DNA of 61,235 nt, the filler included, from an uncultured Chlamydiae bacterium (GTDB lineage: Bacteria > Chlamydiota > Chlamydiia > Chlamydiales > SM23-39), in NCBI GenBank assembly GCA_937899275.1. It is 5 parts of 5 records of this genome, joined end to end, with 100 filler letters (N's around TTAATTAATTAA, not from the genome) between each part and the next. Parts side by side here need not be neighbours in the genome. Positions count along the whole stretch, not along the records: positions 54,288 to 59,468 come from CALBPE010000116.1; positions 59,569 to 61,235 come from CALBPE010000121.1; 3 more parts are not named here. One strand, 5' to 3'. The notes below the pieces were generated by a model that ran no database searches, was not told the origin of the DNA, and worked only from the letters and a program-made list of their open reading frames with translations. Position 1 is the first letter of the stretch, and every line of letters begins with the position of its first letter. Below, piece after piece: positions 55,885 through 61,235 of this stretch. Both the position numbers and the translations under genes were made by a program.

Positions 55885-58606
55885 ATTTTTTTGCCTCCAC
55901 CTCTTGTTTTGTTACCCGATAAAATAAGGTAAGCTCTAAAAAAAGCTCTTGCTTTTCCCAGTAAAAAGCGTTCGATCCCCATTCTGCCTTGTCATCGATT
56001 TTTTGCTGAAGAAATATCCCTAAAAGAGAAGACGTTGGAGGAAAAGGTCTATCTAAAGAAAGGGAAAAATGTTGTTGCATCGCTTTTTTTCCTTTCGTTT
56101 GGTGGAGGAAAACGCCGTAGGCAGAAAAAATGGGTAAATTGTCGTTTTCTAGTGCATTTTTTTTGTATTGTTGTACGATTTTGCTGGCCATGGGTATGTT
56201 GTTTTCTAGGAGAAAAGACCACAAAAATCCAGCGTATAAAAACGCTCCTTCTTTTGTGTCTAAAGAGGGGGGTATGCGGGAAAATATCTGCTGGATTTTT
56301 CCATATTCCCTTCGAAGTAGTAGTTTTTTAATGAGGTGGATCAGCACGCGGATTTGTTTTTTATCTAAACCGTTTTCTGTTTTGGAAAATACCGTTTGAA
56401 TCGCTGCGTTATCTTTTAAAATGGTGCATTTGATCAGAGAAAGGCCCCTTTTCAAAAAGGGGTTTGTAGAAAGCGAGCGCATGGTATCTAAAATCGCCCG
56501 CACGTCGCTGTAGTATCCGAGTTCGCTTAACCCAAAAAGCGCATTTTCTAAGTTGGTATGTCCAATGGGATGTTTTTTCTTTAAGCTGGCAATCACTTCG
56601 AGTAAAGAGGCTTTAGAGTCGGTCCAAAAAGAGAGGATGATGGCTAGAAGAGTCACAGGGTGCGCCTCTTGTTTTTCGATAAAAAAGAGCTCTTGCCAGT
56701 GCGTCTCTAAACTAGCAATGAGCACTTTTGCTTCTTTACCGCGAAGGGTTTGCGGAAAATAGCGCACTACAAGAAGAATAATTTTATAAGCAGCTTTTCT
56801 GCTGTAAGCAGTGCTTTCATGCATCCTAAAAACGATGTGTTCTTCTAGAATTGGTAGTAAGGGATGTTTCGCAAACTTTTTGAGGGCAAACTCTAAACAC
56901 TTAGCCTCTTCGTCGTAATCCTCGAGTTCTTTATAAGTCAGCGCTTTTCCAAGGTATTCTAAAGGAGCGCCTGGTGTGGAATGCAACAGCTCAAATTCAT
57001 CTAAAGCTTGTAGGTAGAGGCTGTTTGTATGGCTTTTCTCGCTTTTTGCTTTTTCTAATAGCGTGATGCCTGCTTTGAATAAAGCATCTCTTCCCTCAGC
57101 TCTTCCGGGAAAAGCTCTGCCAATACGTCTATACTCAAGTAGAGCTGCATCATAGTCTTGACAAGCAAAAAAAGCGTCGGGTATCGCAAGACAGTTGACC
57201 ATGAGGCTTTGTGAGCCGCTATAAATAGAAAAATCATGAATATGAAATTCTGTATCTTGATGTAAGATACCTACATGCGCTCCAGTTAAAGGCAGGCTTG
57301 AGGTGTAGGTAAAGATTTGGGTATTTTGAAAAAAACAGCGGATATGTTCGTGGGACTTTTCAATAATGATGTGCTGCTTTTTTTCAGGCGCTTGTTCCAT
57401 GCTATGATCGATGACAAGAACATTGGAGCGGAAAAGCTGTACTTTACAAGGATCTGAAGATACCCAAAGGCAGTATCCTTCTTGTAGGCTTTGTCTTCGG
57501 GCAGATTCAGGTACGCCGAAAATAATGCCTATGCCGGCACTTTCAGAAGAAAGCTCTAACGATACCTCAATCCGTATATTGCCAGAAAAATTATGTTTTG
57601 AAACCATCAACGCGGCCCATTCTACAATATCTGTATGACGGGTAATTGCGGTATGTTTTGCAATCATGATATTTTCTTGAAATTCCCAATCATCGGCTTT
57701 TTGGGTGTCGAGTTTAGTAACTAGCATCCAATAGGGTTTTCCTTGCATTGCATTTTGCATATCGTAGATGAGCTCTTCCATGGTGTGGTAGCGGTTTTCT
57801 GGATGAAAACTAAGGGATTTTTTTACGATGTCTAATAGCTCATGCGGGATCTCTCGGTAAGGGGCAATTTCAATCGGATCGATGTATTTTTCCTCCGATA
57901 AATACTTACGAAACGCTTGTAGATTCCCTCGTTGAAAGGGGAGCTCTAAGGTTAAAATTTGGTATAAAATCACGCCCAAAGAGTAGATGTCTGTCTGGTA
58001 ATTTGCTTTTTCGCCAAGGGCTCTTTCTGGGGCCATGTACGCTACAGTGCCTGCGACTTTCCCTGTTTTTGATCCCTTTTTTTGTACCCTTGCAAAATCA
58101 GCAATACCCCAGTCTAAGATCATCACCTCTCCATACTTTCCGATGATGATATTTTCTGGTTTTAAATCGCGGTGCAGCACAGTTTTAGAATGCGTATAGG
58201 CAACAGCTTCGCAGATTTTCATGAACATTTGGCAAAGAGTAGGAATCGATCCACCGATCGGATGGATCTGGCCTGTTTTTTGCTCTGCTTCTTTAGTGTC
58301 GCGTAGGATCTTACGCAGGGTTTCTCCATCCACAAAGCACATTGTGTAGTAAAGATAAGTAGCTTCTGCATGAACGCTGTAAATCGGAACAATAGATGGG
58401 TGGGTAAGCTGCGCTGCAATCCTAGCTTCTCGCAAAAAGCGGGATCGGATCATTTTTTTTTCTTGGAGATCTTTGCGTATGCATTTTAATGCAACGTTTC
58501 TTTCGCACACAGGATCATAGGCGAGAAACACCTCTCCCATCCCGCCTTTACCGATCCTTTTCAAGATCTTATATCGTCCAATTTCTTTTGGGAATGTATC
58601 GTTCAT
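55826..58606 (-). CDS. pknD: Serine/threonine protein kinase PknD (chlamydial type)
   Basis: IGKGGMGEV, VALK, HRDLKPEN, ILDWG, GTVAYMAPE; long C-terminus with VNCLAIPDAFF and FPGRAEG; 926 aa; upstream of valS as in chlamydiae. Confidence 0.88.
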   Translation of the reverse strand: MNDTFPKEIGRYKILKRIGKGGMGEVFLAYDPVCERNVALKCIRKDLQEKKMIRSRFLREARIAAQLTHPSIVPIYSVHAEATYLYYTMCFVDGETLRKILRDTKEAEQKTGQIHPIGGSIPTLCQMFMKICEAVAYTHSKTVLHRDLKPENIIIGKYGEVMILDWGIADFARVQKKGSKTGKVAGTVAYMAPERALGEKANYQTDIYSLGVILYQILTLELPFQRGNLQAFRKYLSEEKYIDPIEIAPYREIPHELLDIVKKSLSFHPENRYHTMEELIYDMQNAMQGKPYWMLVTKLDTQKADDWEFQENIMIAKHTAITRHTDIVEWAALMVSKHNFSGNIRIEVSLELSSESAGIGIIFGVPESARRQSLQEGYCLWVSSDPCKVQLFRSNVLVIDHSMEQAPEKKQHIIIEKSHEHIRCFFQNTQIFTYTSSLPLTGAHVGILHQDTEFHIHDFSIYSGSQSLMVNCLAIPDAFFACQDYDAALLEYRRIGRAFPGRAEGRDALFKAGITLLEKAKSEKSHTNSLYLQALDEFELLHSTPGAPLEYLGKALTYKELEDYDEEAKCLEFALKKFAKHPLLPILEEHIVFRMHESTAYSRKAAYKIILLVVRYFPQTLRGKEAKVLIASLETHWQELFFIEKQEAHPVTLLAIILSFWTDSKASLLEVIASLKKKHPIGHTNLENALFGLSELGYYSDVRAILDTMRSLSTNPFLKRGLSLIKCTILKDNAAIQTVFSKTENGLDKKQIRVLIHLIKKLLLRREYGKIQQIFSRIPPSLDTKEGAFLYAGFLWSFLLENNIPMASKIVQQYKKNALENDNLPIFSAYGVFLHQTKGKKAMQQHFSLSLDRPFPPTSSLLGIFLQQKIDDKAEWGSNAFYWEKQELFLELTLFYRVTKQEVEAKKYERLLEGRYTRDYRKDLRS

Positions 58607-58723
58607 GCTTCATCTCATCTCATATATGGATACATGTTGACAAGGGATTTCTATTCTTGCATCTTTACGACAAATAGGGAAAGTAGTTATTGTAACTACC
58701 GATTACTCTACCTAATATATCCT

Positions 58724-59468
58724 ATGACAGCTGACCTAAAAGATTTTATAAGTCCACCAAAAAAAGAAGTGATTTTAACAGGGGATAGACCAACAGGTCC
58801 CCTCCATTTGGGCCACTATGTAGGCTCCTTGCAAAACAGGGTTCTTTTACAAGAAGAAAATACTCAGTTTGTCATGATTGCAGATGCTCAAGCGCTTACC
58901 GATCATGCAAAATGCCCCGATCAAATCAAAGCTCATGTAATAGAAGTAGCAATCGATTATTTGTCTGTGGGAATTGATCCTGAAAAAACGACCATTTTTA
59001 TTCAATCACAGATTCCCGCTTTATTTGAAATTGGCACCTACTTTTTAAATCTCGTTACATGGAACCGCCTGAAGCATAATCCTACGGTTAAAGAAGAAAT
59101 CGTACAGAAAGGATTTGGTGAGCATGTTCCTGCAGGGTTTATGGTTTATCCGGTATTTCAAGCAGCAGATATCACGGCGTTTTTAGCAAGTATTGTCCCC
59201 GTTGGTAGCGACCAGGTGCCGATGATTGAAGAGACAAGATCTTTAGTGGAAAAATTCAATCGCACCTACCATACAGATGTCCTTGTGAAGCCAAGACCGT
59301 ATTTACCAAAACACCCTAGGCTGCCGGGTACAAATGGGATGAGTAAAATGAGTAAAACCTTAGGTAACGCTATCTTTTTAAAAGATCCCATCGATAGAAT
59401 GCAAAAACTTGTGAAAAAAATGCCATCAGATCCCAACCACAAAAAAATTGAAGATCCAGGCGTTGTAG
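58724..59468 (+). CDS. trpS: Tryptophan--tRNA ligase (3' truncated)
   Basis: LTGDRPTGPLHLGHYVG, FIQSQIP, YPVFQAADI, VPVGSDQ, KMSKT. Confidence 0.95.
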
Positions 59469-59568
59469 NNNNNNNNNNNNNNNNNNNNNNNNNNNNNNNN
59501 NNNNNNNNNNNNTTAATTAATTAANNNNNNNNNNNNNNNNNNNNNNNNNNNNNNNNNNNNNNNNNNNN
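59469..59568. other. Artificial contig spacer
   Basis: N-run, TTAATTAATTAA, N-run. Confidence 0.98.
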
Positions 59569-60981
59569 GTAATCGATGAAAAAACCACCTGCATAGCTAC
59601 TGGTTTTTCCCCCCTTATTGTGCTGCGCAAAAAACCGCTTTATTCTGAGCAGCATCCACGCGCTTGGTGGTCTGCTGTGCAAAAGGCGGTTTCTTCTATT
59701 CCAAAAAATGTAAGGAATCATATCACGCATATCGGCCTTACAGGGCAAATGCATGGGCTTGTCTTACTGGGAGAACGGGGACATGTTTTGCGTCCTGCTA
59801 TTTTATGGAACGACCAAAGGTCTTTTGCCCAGTGCGTAGAGCTTGCAAAAAAAACGCCTTCTTTTGTTCAGATCTCAGGTAATCTTCTCATGCCAGGTTT
59901 TACCGCACCAAAACTTCTTTGGGTAAAAGAACATGAACCGCATATTTTTGATCAGATCCATAAAGTACTTTTGCCAAAAGATTACCTTCGCTACCTTCTT
60001 ACAGAAGAATATGCTACCGATGTATCCGATGCATCAGGTACTTCTTGGCTGGATGTAAAAAATAGGCGCTGGTCCCTTCCACTTTTACGCCATACAGGTA
60101 TTGATCAAGATGCGATGCCTAAAGTATTTGAAGGGCCAGAAATCACAGGACAGATCACCAAAAAAGCGGCAAAAGAACTAGGGCTTTCTCCTAAAGTATT
60201 GGTAGTTGCAGGAGGAGGAGACAACGCTTGTAGTGCGCTTGGCGTAGGCTGCATCGCTAATGGAGATACTTGCATATCTCTCGGTACATCGGGCGCTTAT
60301 TTTGTGGTGCGTAAACACTACCAACCGCAAGCAAAAAATGCCGTACACACCTATTGCCACGCCCTTCCAGGTCTTTGGCATCAGATGAGCGTACATTTAA
60401 GCTCTGCCAGTTGTTTTTCATTACTAGAAAACATCTTTTCTAAACCTATTAATCGTATGATCAAAGGAACATTTTTAGAAAAGCATGGCCTATTTTTTCT
60501 TCCTTATCTCTCAGGGGAAAGAACGCCTTACAACGATCCTTATGCACAAGGTACGTTTTTTGGTCTTACACATGACACCACGCAAAAACAGATGCTTTCT
60601 GCTGTAATGGAAGGAACGGGTTTTGCACTGAAAAATGGACAGATACTACTCGATAAATCGCAGGGGTCTATCTATTTACTTGGAGGAGGCGCTAGAAATA
60701 CCGCTTGGCTCCATGTTCTTGCCTCCATTTTAGAAAAGCGGCTTGTCTTCTATGAAAATGCTCCTGTAGGAGCCTCTTTAGGAGCTGCAAAACTGGCTTT
60801 ATATGGAGCAAAAAAGGGGAGTAAAAAAGATATATTTTCCTGTAGTGAACAAGGGAAAATCTTACGAGGAAAGCCTTCTCTATATCCTTACTATAGAGAA
60901 AAGCATGCCCTTTTCAACGACCTTTACCGCGCTTTACAACCGGTTTATCGGAAAAAACACCACATTGGAGAAATGACGTGA
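59569..60981 (+). CDS. xylB: Xylulokinase (5' truncated)
   Basis: Frame open from the contig edge; GLTGQMHG, RPAILWNDQR, GFTAPKLLW, LLPKDYLR, TDVSDASGT, GGGDNA, SLGTSG, PYLSGERTP; adjacent to xylA. Confidence 0.93.
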   Translation, partial: VIDEKTTCIATGFSPLIVLRKKPLYSEQHPRAWWSAVQKAVSSIPKNVRNHITHIGLTGQMHGLVLLGERGHVLRPAILWNDQRSFAQCVELAKKTPSFVQISGNLLMPGFTAPKLLWVKEHEPHIFDQIHKVLLPKDYLRYLLTEEYATDVSDASGTSWLDVKNRRWSLPLLRHTGIDQDAMPKVFEGPEITGQITKKAAKELGLSPKVLVVAGGGDNACSALGVGCIANGDTCISLGTSGAYFVVRKHYQPQAKNAVHTYCHALPGLWHQMSVHLSSASCFSLLENIFSKPINRMIKGTFLEKHGLFFLPYLSGERTPYNDPYAQGTFFGLTHDTTQKQMLSAVMEGTGFALKNGQILLDKSQGSIYLLGGGARNTAWLHVLASILEKRLVFYENAPVGASLGAAKLALYGAKKGSKKDIFSCSEQGKILRGKPSLYPYYREKHALFNDLYRALQPVYRKKHHIGEMT

Positions 60982-61235
60982 AAGAATATTTCCCAGATAT
61001 TGATCATATTGTCTACAAAGGCACTGAAGACGAGCAGCTACTTGCCTACCACTACTATAATCCTGAAAAACTGGTCCATGGAAAAACCATGGAAGAGTGG
61101 CTTAAACTATCAGTGTGTTATTGGCACTCATTTTGCTGGCCTGGTTTAGATATGTTTGGCGGACCTACCTTCGATCACCCCTTGTTTAAGAATACAAAAA
61201 CAGAAAAAGCGATGTATGCAAAAACCGATGCGGCA
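60978..61235 (+). CDS. xylA: Xylose isomerase, class II (runs off the window)
   Basis: Not in the ORF track. GTG 60978 after GGAG, overlapping the xylB stop: MKEYFPDIDHIVYKG...LAYHYYNPEKLVHGKTMEEWLKLSVCYWHSFCWPGLDMFG. Confidence 0.92.
   Translation, partial: MKEYFPDIDHIVYKGTEDEQLLAYHYYNPEKLVHGKTMEEWLKLSVCYWHSFCWPGLDMFGGPTFDHPLFKNTKTEKAMYAKTDAA

Noticed and set aside
1..61235. CRISPR arrays, tRNAs, rRNAs, IS elements and the many short antisense ORFs
   Set aside because: By eye I found no spaced direct repeats, cloverleafs, rRNA signatures or transposase motifs; the short ORFs overlap confidently assigned genes.

Overview
This window is five concatenated contigs joined by four artificial 100-nt spacers (N44-TTAATTAATTAA-N44), so gene order across the spacers carries no information. 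Gene content and synteny (gspDEF plus chlamydial pseudopilins, tolA-tolB-pal-LysM, glyA-clpP-dapF, CT398-like gene next to rnpB, lon/tsaB-rpsU-dnaJ, pknD next to valS, eukaryote-type UDP-sugar pyrophosphorylase) point to an environmental member of the phylum Chlamydiota, probably a metagenome or single-cell assembly (inference). The standout is contig 2 (16816-26506), a proteusin/NHLP-type RiPP cluster. It holds an HlyD adaptor, a C39-peptidase ABC transporter, a second ABC transporter, a PoyD/OspD-like radical SAM peptide epimerase, a divergently transcribed GNAT acyltransferase and two precursors. Each precursor has a tandemly duplicated nitrile-hydratase-like leader (about 156 aa) ending in LDELELRQVAGG, followed by a short Cys-free core starting KGGG. 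Other points: a CIRCE-like operator overlapping a predicted dnaJ promoter; a DHDPS-fold protein lacking its catalytic residues; a tandem pair of orphan paralogs; xylose utilisation genes; and several genes (gspE, ald, xerC, valS end, one orphan) broken only by in-frame stops, most likely local base-call errors.
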